DNA of 64,000 nt from Fervidicoccaceae archaeon (lineage in GTDB: Archaea; Thermoproteota; Thermoprotei_A; Sulfolobales; Fervidicoccaceae), in contig JAVYOA010000009.1 in assembly GCA_038734945.1 (NCBI GenBank), forward strand, positions 434,001 through 498,000, written 5' to 3'. How positions within the stretch are numbered: the first letter of the stretch is position 1; each line of letters begins with the position of its first letter. The translations under genes were made by a program, and so were the position numbers. The notes beneath the pieces were generated by a model that saw nothing but the letters and a program-made list of their open reading frames with translations, searched no databases and was not told where the DNA came from. Positions 30,301-38,790 of this stretch are shown one piece after another.

Positions 30301-31455
30301 CTATACCTTCTCGAGTACTATCCCAGCAAAAACTGTTCCTACACCTCCCATTGAGAGGGCAAAAGCCCTCTCTGCGTTTACTTTGGCATTCTTCACTCTA
30401 TTATCAGAGAGAAGAGATGTGAGTTCAGCAACCTGATATATTCCTGTGGCACCAAAAGGATGCCCCCTTGCCTTAGTTCCACCTGTTAAATTCACCGAGG
30501 GCTTATCACCTAATCTGTACATCCCTTCAACAATTGACTTCAGCCCCTTTCCTCTCTCGGCAATTTCAAGCTCCTCAAGGACTATTGGGACCGGAACTGT
30601 GTAATCATCAGAGATATCCATTATATCAACATTTTTTACATTATATCCTGCTTTCCTTTCAATTCTTTCCCTCAATTTTCTCAAAGCAGGAAACTCTGTT
30701 AGATTCTCTCTTATTGAAAGCTCCATAAAATCCGATACAACCGATGCTGCTTTTATCTCGGCCAACCTCGTTTCCTTAGATAGGCTGGAATCTTCATTGC
30801 TAATGAGGAGCACCGCTGCTCCATCGCTCATTGGAGGAGAATGAAGGACTCTTATTGGTAATGACACTGGATCCGAGCCCATCACCTGTTCCCTAGATAT
30901 TCTGAACTTGAGCTGAGCATGGGGAACATCTAAAGCATTTTCATGCATGAGAACGGGCCAAGAAGCCAAATCATCCTCTCCATATCCATATCTCGAAATG
31001 TATTCCCTTCCAATTACTGCAAAGTTGCTAGCTAAAGTTGCACCGTAGAATGATTCATGCTCAGCATTTAAGAAAAGCGAAAGGGCATGGTTATATACCG
31101 TGCTAATGTAGTCCGACGTTTTTTCTACACCCACTATCAGAACATTTTTTGCTTCTCCAGATTTCAGCAATGAAAAAGCAAGGAAAACAGCACTTCCCCC
31201 GCCAGCTCCACCATTTTCTACGGTAAAAGTACTCTTTCCAATCAGTCCAAGATCCTCTGCTATGAGTGAAGCGAGAATATTCTGCGACTGCATAACACTG
31301 GAAAATGAATTTGAAACTATAATAGCATCTACTTCCGGTAATGGTCCTGTCCTTGATTCCATATCTTTTATGGACTTCAAAACAATATCTTCAATTGAAT
31401 CGTTGAACCAGCGAGAAATCTTGACAAGCCCATAACCATTCACATAGATTCTCAT
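30301..31455 (-). CDS. Acetoacetyl-CoA thiolase homolog lacking the catalytic cysteine
   Basis: Thiolase-fold motifs GVEK, SDGAA, GG..ARGHPFGATG; position between HMGS and DUF35. The nucleophile motif reads VENGGAGG and the protein has no Cys. Confidence 0.85.
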   Translation of the reverse strand: MRIYVNGYGLVKISRWFNDSIEDIVLKSIKDMESRTGPLPEVDAIIVSNSFSSVMQSQNILASLIAEDLGLIGKSTFTVENGGAGGGSAVFLAFSLLKSGEAKNVLIVGVEKTSDYISTVYNHALSLFLNAEHESFYGATLASNFAVIGREYISRYGYGEDDLASWPVLMHENALDVPHAQLKFRISREQVMGSDPVSLPIRVLHSPPMSDGAAVLLISNEDSSLSKETRLAEIKAASVVSDFMELSIRENLTEFPALRKLRERIERKAGYNVKNVDIMDISDDYTVPVPIVLEELEIAERGKGLKSIVEGMYRLGDKPSVNLTGGTKARGHPFGATGIYQVAELTSLLSDNRVKNAKVNAERAFALSMGGVGTVFAGIVLEKV

Positions 31456-31458
31456 ATT

Positions 31459-32529
31459 TTATTCACCCTCAATTTTTTTGATCAATCTTCTGAACTTTGC
31501 ATAATCGGAATAGGTAATGTTTGTTCTTCTCTCCAGATAATAGGAAATAGGCGGAGCGAGCTTCCTCTTGCTTTCAGCCCTTTCAGTAACTATTAGGCTA
31601 TAGGCATCGCTTCCTGCCCCGCTTCCAAAGGGAGCCAGCAATATTCTAGATCCCTCTTTTGCAATATCTAGAACACGACTTAATCCAGCCAGAGCAGAAC
31701 CATTGTACGTATTTCCAACCAATGGGGTTAAGAGTCCAGGGAGCACCTTCTCTTTGGGAAAACCAAGTCTCTCCCCCACTTTTAACGGAAATTTTCCATT
31801 TGGCTGATGAAAAACAGCATAATCAAAGTCCTCCGGTCGGAGACCGGTCTTCTCCATCAGACCTTTCACAGCATTGATTATATGATCGAAATATGCTGGA
31901 TCACCGGTAAATGCCTCTCCATGAAGGGGATATGGACTTAGGCTCCTCCTCCAGAAATCCGGAGTATCCGTTACATAGGAAAATGAAGCCTCGAAAACAG
32001 CAGCTGACTCATCTTTTGGTCCAAGAACAAATGCTGTTGCCCCGCTGCTTGCTGTGAACTCAAGCACATCTCCAGGATTTGCCTGAGCAGTATCGCTTCC
32101 TATTACAATTGCATAATCTATCATTCCCGAAGATACCAAGCCTATTGATGCCCTCATCCCCTCGCTTGCAGCTCTACATGCAAACTCAATATCGCTCGCC
32201 ATTGTTGTAGGAGTTATTCCTAGAGCTTGAGCTATTATTGTTGCGCTTGGCTTAACAGCATAAGGCTTGGATTCAGTTCCAAAAAATACCGCTCCAATTT
32301 TCCTAGGATGTATTTCAGCTCTAGCTATAGCGTTCCTTGCTGCCTCGTAACCCATCGTTGTTGCATCTTCGTCTATGTTTGCTACTGCCTTTTCCTTCAT
32401 GCCAAGTCCGCTTCCAGTTCCTGCAGGAAATCCCCACTGCCTTTCTATTTCTTCAACCGATATTCTAAAGATAGGAAAGTAGCTTCCCCATCCCACAATT
32501 CCAACTTTCCTTTCTGGAAAACGATCCAA
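31459..32529 (-). CDS. Hydroxymethylglutaryl-CoA synthase
   Basis: [15 protein letters not shown] (catalytic Cys), [23 protein letters not shown]. Confidence 0.95.
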   Translation of the reverse strand: MDRFPERKVGIVGWGSYFPIFRISVEEIERQWGFPAGTGSGLGMKEKAVANIDEDATTMGYEAARNAIARAEIHPRKIGAVFFGTESKPYAVKPSATIIAQALGITPTTMASDIEFACRAASEGMRASIGLVSSGMIDYAIVIGSDTAQANPGDVLEFTASSGATAFVLGPKDESAAVFEASFSYVTDTPDFWRRSLSPYPLHGEAFTGDPAYFDHIINAVKGLMEKTGLRPEDFDYAVFHQPNGKFPLKVGERLGFPKEKVLPGLLTPLVGNTYNGSALAGLSRVLDIAKEGSRILLAPFGSGAGSDAYSLIVTERAESKRKLAPPISYYLERRTNITYSDYAKFRRLIKKIEGE

Positions 32530-32717
32530 TGAAGCTTTCCTCCTCCTTTTTTTAACTTTTGTCTTAATCGTTATAGTTAAGTGACGTATTTAATTTTAAC
32601 TATGAAGTATTATCCTGCAAAATAATCTTGCTATTTAACTTGAGCTCAGCACTGCGCAGCTAATGAAAAATCCTTTTATTTTCAGAAAATTCAAAAATCA
32701 TATAAGGTGAAACAATA

Positions 32718-32993
32718 ATGGGAATTAAGGTAATTAAAAGAAGCGGGAATAAGGAGGAGTTCATCCCTGAGAAAGTTGTTGTGAGCATTTTGAAGACGGG
32801 GGCTAATGTAGATGTTGCCAGGAAGATCTCAAAAATAATAGAAGGTAAACTGCTTGAACAAGGAATTGAAGAAATAACAACCAAGGATCTCATGAAGATG
32901 GTCCTAGAGCTATTGAAGAAAGAAAATGAGGAATGGTACAGAAATTGGATAGTCTTCGACGCTGCCGTGAAAAGAAGGAAAAGTGCTGAATGA
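32718..32993 (+). CDS. Stand-alone ATP-cone domain protein
   Basis: VIKRSGNKEEF.PEKVV.SI..TG ATP-cone signature; SD GGTGA upstream. Confidence 0.82.
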   Translation: MGIKVIKRSGNKEEFIPEKVVVSILKTGANVDVARKISKIIEGKLLEQGIEEITTKDLMKMVLELLKKENEEWYRNWIVFDAAVKRRKSAE

Positions 32994-33007
32994 GTAGAAA
33001 ATGAGAG

Positions 33008-33331
33008 CTATTCATTTTTTGTCGATCTGAAGCTCTCTTCAACAATTTCTGTGACTTCATCCATGAGCCTCTCCTTATGGACTTTTAGAAGATGATAGTA
33101 GAGACCTTTTTTTGTAAAGCCTGAACGATAACAAATTAAACATGTGAAGCTTTCATCATTCTTCTTATCTTTAGAGTAGAGCAAGTTTAGTCTCTCCACT
33201 ATTTTGTTCTTAAGCGGTACTATAGATGGTGGAAGCAAATCCTCATTTCTGATTTCACCGATCTCCATCTTGAGGGATTCTCTAACTAAACTAGATATGG
33301 ATTTTTCCAGCCAGAGGGGTCTTACCTTCAA
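33008..33331 (-). CDS. C2H2 zinc-finger protein
   Basis: FTCLICYRSGFTKKGLYYHLLKVH. Confidence 0.75.
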   Translation of the reverse strand: MKVRPLWLEKSISSLVRESLKMEIGEIRNEDLLPPSIVPLKNKIVERLNLLYSKDKKNDESFTCLICYRSGFTKKGLYYHLLKVHKERLMDEVTEIVEESFRSTKNE

Positions 33332-33370
33332 AGTTGTGGACCCTTGAAAATTGCTGAATTGCTATTGTCT

Positions 33371-33910
33371 CTATGCTTCAAGCTGCTCAGCCCTCATTGC
33401 CACAAACATATTGTTTATTGATTTATTCAGCAAATGGGCAAATACGGAGGCAACGGCCATCTTCTTGCTTCCTGATTTTTTCTCCAGATCGGAAAGGACT
33501 TTCAAGAGCCTTTCCTCCCCATCGTCTTTCCCCCCAATCTCTTTAGTAAATGCTTTTAGAGCGTCAATCAATGATTCCAAATCTCCATCGTTGTCAGAAA
33601 ATGGAATAACGAGCAGTTTTTCAACAACTTCCTCGCCCAAAATTTCTATCAAAGCATTAGAATCGAACTCTGGAAGATAGTCATAAACAAAGTAGTTCAG
33701 TTCTCTGGAATAGGGCAATTTCCCTACTCTTCTGATCCATTCGTTGAAAATAGCAGGTACATATCCCTCTGGCTCTACATCAAGCATGCTCTCTATTGAT
33801 TCTATGGACAGAGCAAATGATAGAGATCTGGAGAGCGTAATATCATCTATTTCTGCCATGGACGGGTTCACATGGAAAAGAGAATCGCTCTCGCTCGCAT
33901 CTAGGCTCAA
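33371..33910 (-). CDS. Hypothetical acidic protein
   Basis: 179-aa ORF in a co-oriented run; no motif recognised. Confidence 0.6.
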   Translation of the reverse strand: MSLDASESDSLFHVNPSMAEIDDITLSRSLSFALSIESIESMLDVEPEGYVPAIFNEWIRRVGKLPYSRELNYFVYDYLPEFDSNALIEILGEEVVEKLLVIPFSDNDGDLESLIDALKAFTKEIGGKDDGEERLLKVLSDLEKKSGSKKMAVASVFAHLLNKSINNMFVAMRAEQLEA

Positions 33911-34042
33911 TTTTTCTTTCCCCCTTAGAAAAAAATAAGTTGGGGAACCTTTTTAATCAAAAAAGCGCGTATTATCCTGTTGTGTTCATTTAATCAAAAG
34001 TTTTTTGGCTTGGAAATTGAGCCAGAACATTGAAAAAATTTA

Positions 34043-34390
34043 TTAAGCAGTGGTTGAGGTCAGGAGAGCTTTCCCCCTCATTTTATTTGTTATTGCCTTG
34101 CTCAATATTTCATCTTTAACGAACACTTCGATGGAAATATCGTTTATGCTAAGTTTTCCATCCAAAATATCAAAGGTAATCTGTATATTGATAACTGTAT
34201 CTTTGGGAAGCGAAAATTCTGAAACAATGAGTTCATAAAGAATCTTGTTGATATCCGTAAGAGCTTTGTTTACTTCCGTGGGGGAAATCTTTTTATCTTT
34301 ATAAGCTTCCCTTAGAGCAGCATTTATAGATCTTCTCAATTTCAAGGCAAAACCGCTTGTTCTAACCGGGCCTGTTTTTACCACAAACAT
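34043..34390 (-). CDS. DUF2258 (ThermoDBP-related) nucleic-acid-binding protein
   Basis: KTG.VR..G.A.KLRR N-terminus and N..LYEL.V......KD.V..I pattern recalled for DUF2258. Confidence 0.65.
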   Translation of the reverse strand: MFVVKTGPVRTSGFALKLRRSINAALREAYKDKKISPTEVNKALTDINKILYELIVSEFSLPKDTVINIQITFDILDGKLSINDISIEVFVKDEILSKAITNKMRGKALLTSTTA

Positions 34391-34531
34391 ATTATTTACC
34401 CATTGTATAATAAGTGAGTTTTTTCTTTAAACTTTTATTTTCGTTATTTAGGAACTTCTCTAAAGCATATTATCAAAAAAGCTTTATTCCTTCGAAAATT
34501 TCAATTCATCCTAGACAGAAAAGGGATAAAT

Positions 34532-34822
34532 ATGGAGAGCTTGAACTTCATACTACTTATTTTAATTTCTTTATCTATCGGATTTTCAGTTGGAATTCTA
34601 ATAAAGAGAAGGGGAATTGAAGCTGAGAAATTGAAGAAGCCTGCCATGAGAATGCTTGAAGCAACAGTTCTTCTCCTTGTGTTTTTTGTGGGACTACAGA
34701 GCTCCTCGGGGCTAGAGAGATCGGAGGCTGTTTTGAGCATATTCTTAAGCATATTATTAGGCATCTCCTCTGCTCTAGTGAGCGCCATTTTCTGGGAACT
34801 AACTCTAAATAGAAGGAGATGA
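34532..34822 (+). CDS. Small membrane protein, N-terminal partner of a LysO/DUF340 exporter
   Basis: Three TM helices; overlaps the next gene by 4 nt. Confidence 0.6.
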   Translation: MESLNFILLILISLSIGFSVGILIKRRGIEAEKLKKPAMRMLEATVLLLVFFVGLQSSSGLERSEAVLSIFLSILLGISSALVSAIFWELTLNRRR

Positions 34823-35412
34823 TTGAAGTGAACTTTCAGAGTAAAGTTATTCTCTCGTTCATTTTTGGAACTATAGCAGGGAGATATGTTAAGGCTTCAA
34901 ACGAAGTAGACTTGTTGATTCAAATGCTTCTCGCGCTTCTTCTTTTTCTAATAGGAGTGGATAGCGGATATAGCATTTCATATAAAGATGTGGTAAGTGG
35001 TTTGAAGACCGGTTTGTTATCACTCATGTCTGCAGTCGCTGGTAGCTTTGCAGCTGGGGTTCTCTTCTTCCCCATGCTAGGCAAGCTTTCCATAGCTTCT
35101 GCCCTGGGACTGGGTTGGTATACATTTTCGAGCTCCTTTCTTGCTTCGCAGATGGGATCCATGGGAGGTGTTATAGGATTCGTAACCAATTTATCTAGAG
35201 AGATCTTTGGAATGATAACAATACCTTCCCTTTCAAGAAAATTCTCATGCGGAGCTCTGGTTTCAATGGCTGGATCACCATCTAGCGATACTCTTCTTCC
35301 GTTCATCTACAAGCAATGCGGTAGCTCATTTTTGGTTCCCTCAATAGCTCAGGGAGTGCTGACAACTTTCGTAGTTCCTTTGCTCCAGACAGCAGCAATT
35401 TCTGCTCTCTAG
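34819..35412 (+). CDS. LysO (DUF340) family lysine exporter
   Basis: GLGWYT.S, NL.RE, GS.S.DTLLP motifs. Confidence 0.8.
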   Translation: MIEVNFQSKVILSFIFGTIAGRYVKASNEVDLLIQMLLALLLFLIGVDSGYSISYKDVVSGLKTGLLSLMSAVAGSFAAGVLFFPMLGKLSIASALGLGWYTFSSSFLASQMGSMGGVIGFVTNLSREIFGMITIPSLSRKFSCGALVSMAGSPSSDTLLPFIYKQCGSSFLVPSIAQGVLTTFVVPLLQTAAISAL

Positions 35413-35430
35413 CTTGAAAATAGCAATTTC

Positions 35431-35979
35431 CTAAGATGCTTCCATAATTTCTTCTATGATATCCCTGAGTTTGGAATCCAATCCATCAACTATCTCTAGT
35501 ATTTCTTTTCTCAGCCCTTCCTCCATTTCATTGAAGTCATAGCCAAGTCTTGAATATCTTCTAGCTTGCCTCAGAGTTGAAAGCTTATCTGCTGCTTCCA
35601 CAATTTTCGATTCCAAGCTTTTTCCCTCTATATATTCACTAAATAGTGCATTAATCTGTGGATCTTCTGCAATCTCTCTCATTGCTTCAAACTCTATTTG
35701 CTTTTTCCTATCTTTTCCTATTGCTGCCTTAGCATAGTAGTTCAAGTCTCCGACAAGGCATTCAGGCACATCGTGGAGAAGAGATAATATCACTGTTTTC
35801 TCTATGTTAACATTTAATCCAGCTCTCGATGCCTTCGTTGATATGATGAAGCTGAGCAAGGCCACCTCATACATATGCGATGACAAGGTTTCAGCTATAC
35901 TTGCTGAAACTCCACCCTGCATCCATCCAGTTCGAACTAGGGACTTCAGAGCATCGATGCACGATAAAATGTTTTTCAT
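35431..35979 (-). CDS. HD-domain 5'-deoxynucleotidase-like hydrolase (YfbR/HDDC2 type)
   Basis: LKSLVRTGW, ETLSSH, LLHDVPE..GD, ADKL. Confidence 0.88.
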   Translation of the reverse strand: MKNILSCIDALKSLVRTGWMQGGVSASIAETLSSHMYEVALLSFIISTKASRAGLNVNIEKTVILSLLHDVPECLVGDLNYYAKAAIGKDRKKQIEFEAMREIAEDPQINALFSEYIEGKSLESKIVEAADKLSTLRQARRYSRLGYDFNEMEEGLRKEILEIVDGLDSKLRDIIEEIMEAS

Positions 35980-36129
35980 TTTTTACACCACAGCAGATTT
36001 TTCCGTGCAATGAAAAAATTTTAATTTTGTCTTGATTTTTTCCTTCTTTTTCTTGGTCTTTTTTATTAAAATATTAACAGATTGAAAACTTTTATTCAAA
36101 CAATTTATTAGGTTTAATATTGGCATTCA

Positions 36130-37311
36130 ATGAGAGTGAATGCCGTGCATCGAGGTCATTTCAACGAATACGAAAGCAGCAATGCTCAACTCACTCAAAG
36201 AAGCAACAAAGCGTTTTTACTTGTTCCGTTACTTTTGGGACTCAGTTATAGCATCTACACAGTTTCGCTTAGGGCAAAAATAGGTAGCACTATGGGAACC
36301 AACTATTCATTCATGGTACTTATAACTTCCATGGAAACTATCCCAGGAGTATTCTCAGTAGTAATGGGATACTATTCTGATAAGTTTGGAGGGAGGCTCT
36401 CAATTTATTTCGGCTTTGCGGCCTCAATTCTTCTCATACTGTTTCCATTCCTTCCTATGGAGCTCATTCCTCTTCTCGTATTCTCCTTTGTTACAATGTA
36501 CATGATTTACACTCCCTACATATATGGTATAATATTGAGGAAAGCGATGGGTTCTGGAAAGAAGTTGAGCATGCTACTAATGATGTTCTCAATTGGATGG
36601 ACGTGTGGTGGTCTTTTTCCTGCCTTCCTTTCACTAGTAGGGAAAGGAGATATGGGATTTTTCATAGCATCATTCCTCATGATGCTTTCAGCCTGGATAT
36701 TGGTAGGTATATATGGAGGAAATAGTTTTCATGAGGCTTCAAAATTCTCAATTGGGGACTTCAGAAATGCTCTTTCAACTGCTTGGTGGACAGCGATTGG
36801 TCTGATTCTCTGGTCCTCTGGATATTCAATGCTCTCTGGAGTCTTCTCACTGAAGCTCTACAACTCGGTAGGCAGCCAATTCGAATATGGCTTCTATTTT
36901 ACCTTTATAACTGGAATGGCCTCAATTATAATCAGACCCTACGCAGGTATGCTTGTAGACAGAATATCTCCTCTGAAAATGATCACAGCAAGCACAATGG
37001 CCTACTTGCTCTTATCGCTTATTCTTTTAAGGGCTCCTCCCGCTTTAATCATTATACTGTGGATCCTCCCGATCTATCCTTTCTTCGATACCAGTAGCTA
37101 TTCTCTGCTCAGCAGAATCATGACAATTCAGCTTCAATCCACGGCAGCTGGAATAATGTCGACCTCTCTCTCAATAGGAGGAGGACTTAACCTAGCAATG
37201 TACTATATGCTCAGAAATCAAAGCTACAGCACCATCCTCTTGGTTGATTCGGTAATATTCGCCCTATCAATTGCGTGGTTCATGATAGCTCCAAGGAAGT
37301 TTTCAAAGTAA
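36130..37311 (+). CDS. MFS transporter
   Basis: About 12 TM helices; GYYSDKFGGR and GMLVDRI motif-A-like repeats. Confidence 0.82.
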   Translation: MRVNAVHRGHFNEYESSNAQLTQRSNKAFLLVPLLLGLSYSIYTVSLRAKIGSTMGTNYSFMVLITSMETIPGVFSVVMGYYSDKFGGRLSIYFGFAASILLILFPFLPMELIPLLVFSFVTMYMIYTPYIYGIILRKAMGSGKKLSMLLMMFSIGWTCGGLFPAFLSLVGKGDMGFFIASFLMMLSAWILVGIYGGNSFHEASKFSIGDFRNALSTAWWTAIGLILWSSGYSMLSGVFSLKLYNSVGSQFEYGFYFTFITGMASIIIRPYAGMLVDRISPLKMITASTMAYLLLSLILLRAPPALIIILWILPIYPFFDTSSYSLLSRIMTIQLQSTAAGIMSTSLSIGGGLNLAMYYMLRNQSYSTILLVDSVIFALSIAWFMIAPRKFSK

Positions 37312-37345
37312 ATCATTTTATTCCTCTTCTCCAAAGTATAAATCA

Positions 37346-37399
37346 ATGATGACAATAGACTCCTGAGCGAAAAGCGGTGAAGAGGTGGAGCGACTCTGA
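37346..37399 (+). ncRNA. Box C/D methylation guide sRNA overlapping the pyk translation start
   Basis: ATGATGA-CAATAGACTC-CTGA-GCGAAAAGCG-GTGAAGA-GGTGGAGCGACT-CTGA (C, guide, D', C', guide, D). Confidence 0.8.
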
Positions 37400-38790
37400 A
37401 ATTTAGCAGAAACATAACAAAAATAATTGTTACTTTGGGTCCTTCTACTGGAACGAGAGAAATGATAAAAGCCTTGGCAGAAGCAGGAGCAGACGGCTTC
37501 AGAATAAATTTCAGTCATGGAAATACAGAGATCTGGGAAAAATATGCTAGCTACGTTCTTAGTGTTGAAGAAGAGCTCAAAAGGCCTCTAGCCTTGATTG
37601 GCGATCTCCAGGGGCCCAACCCAAGAATAGGGAATCTTCGCAGAGAGCCTTTTACATTCAAAAAAGGAGAAAAAGTGAAATTCGTTTATGAAAAGGAATC
37701 TGATGGTTCGGAGGTTCCAATACCATATAAAGAGTTCTTTGAGCTCATAACTCCTGGAGATAAAATCATCATGGCTGATGGCTCTATTTCATTCAATGTA
37801 GAGAGCTCTGAAGGTTATGAAGCATACGCTATTGCCGAGATGGAAGGTTCTCTTTACTCCAGAAAATCCTTCTCCATAAAAGGAAAACATCTAAAGCTGC
37901 CCTATGTAACAGAGCACGATAAGGAGAGCTTGAAGATTGCTGCTTCCATGGGCTTTTCTCACATAATGGCTAGCATAGTTGAGAGCTCCGCCAACATTCT
38001 AGAGCTCAAGCAGACGATATCCCGGTACTTTTCGAGCATGCCAGAAATATATTCAAAGATTGAAACAGAAAAGGGCTATGAGAACCTTGATTATATAATA
38101 AATGAAAGTGATGGTATAGTTGTTGCCAGAGGAGATCTTGGATCTCACTTTCCCATGGAAGCTCTTCCAAAGATACAGAGAGAAATTGTGCAAAAAACTA
38201 GAAAGGCTGGAAAGCCTGTTATAATTGCTACACAGCTGCTTACATCAATGCTTAACTCTCAAACGCCTACAAGAAGTGAGATAGTGGACATTTACAATTC
38301 TGTTATTGAGGGGGCGGATGCCTTGATGCTCACAAACGAGACTGCCATCGGAAACTATCCTCTACAGGCTGTAAGATGGTTGAGAGAAGCATCCAGAGAA
38401 GCTATCTCACTCTATGAAGAGGAGAGATTTCTCTATAAAGATGATACTTTCAACAGATTTGCTCATGGACTAACATCTTTGAGCGAAAGTCTAAAAGGAA
38501 AAATCCTTCTATACACAAAATCTGGTTTAACAGGAAAAATAATATCGCAGTATAGGCCAAAGGGCGGCTTCTTCGTTGGGGTTCCAAACATCAGGGCTGC
38601 TAGATCCCTCTCAATACTGTGGGGAGCCAACCCAGTCTTGATAAATGCTGAGAGCTATGACGAAGGTTTAGTAAAAATGAGAGAAGAGCTGTTGAGCAGT
38701 GGTGATATAAAAAAGGGAGATATAGTCATTGAAACATATAGATTTAAAGAGGGCGAAATTCACTCAATAAGGATCTTCTATGTTTCTTAG
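37396..38790 (+). CDS. pyk: Pyruvate kinase
   Basis: TKIIVTLGPS, RINFSHG, DLQGP, KIET, ARGDLG, ATQLL.SM, PTRSE, MLTNETAIG. The conserved first strand lies upstream of the track start 37435; proposed start CTG 37396 (or ATA 37414). Confidence 0.93.
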   Translation: MKFSRNITKIIVTLGPSTGTREMIKALAEAGADGFRINFSHGNTEIWEKYASYVLSVEEELKRPLALIGDLQGPNPRIGNLRREPFTFKKGEKVKFVYEKESDGSEVPIPYKEFFELITPGDKIIMADGSISFNVESSEGYEAYAIAEMEGSLYSRKSFSIKGKHLKLPYVTEHDKESLKIAASMGFSHIMASIVESSANILELKQTISRYFSSMPEIYSKIETEKGYENLDYIINESDGIVVARGDLGSHFPMEALPKIQREIVQKTRKAGKPVIIATQLLTSMLNSQTPTRSEIVDIYNSVIEGADALMLTNETAIGNYPLQAVRWLREASREAISLYEEERFLYKDDTFNRFAHGLTSLSESLKGKILLYTKSGLTGKIISQYRPKGGFFVGVPNIRAARSLSILWGANPVLINAESYDEGLVKMREELLSSGDIKKGDIVIETYRFKEGEIHSIRIFYVS

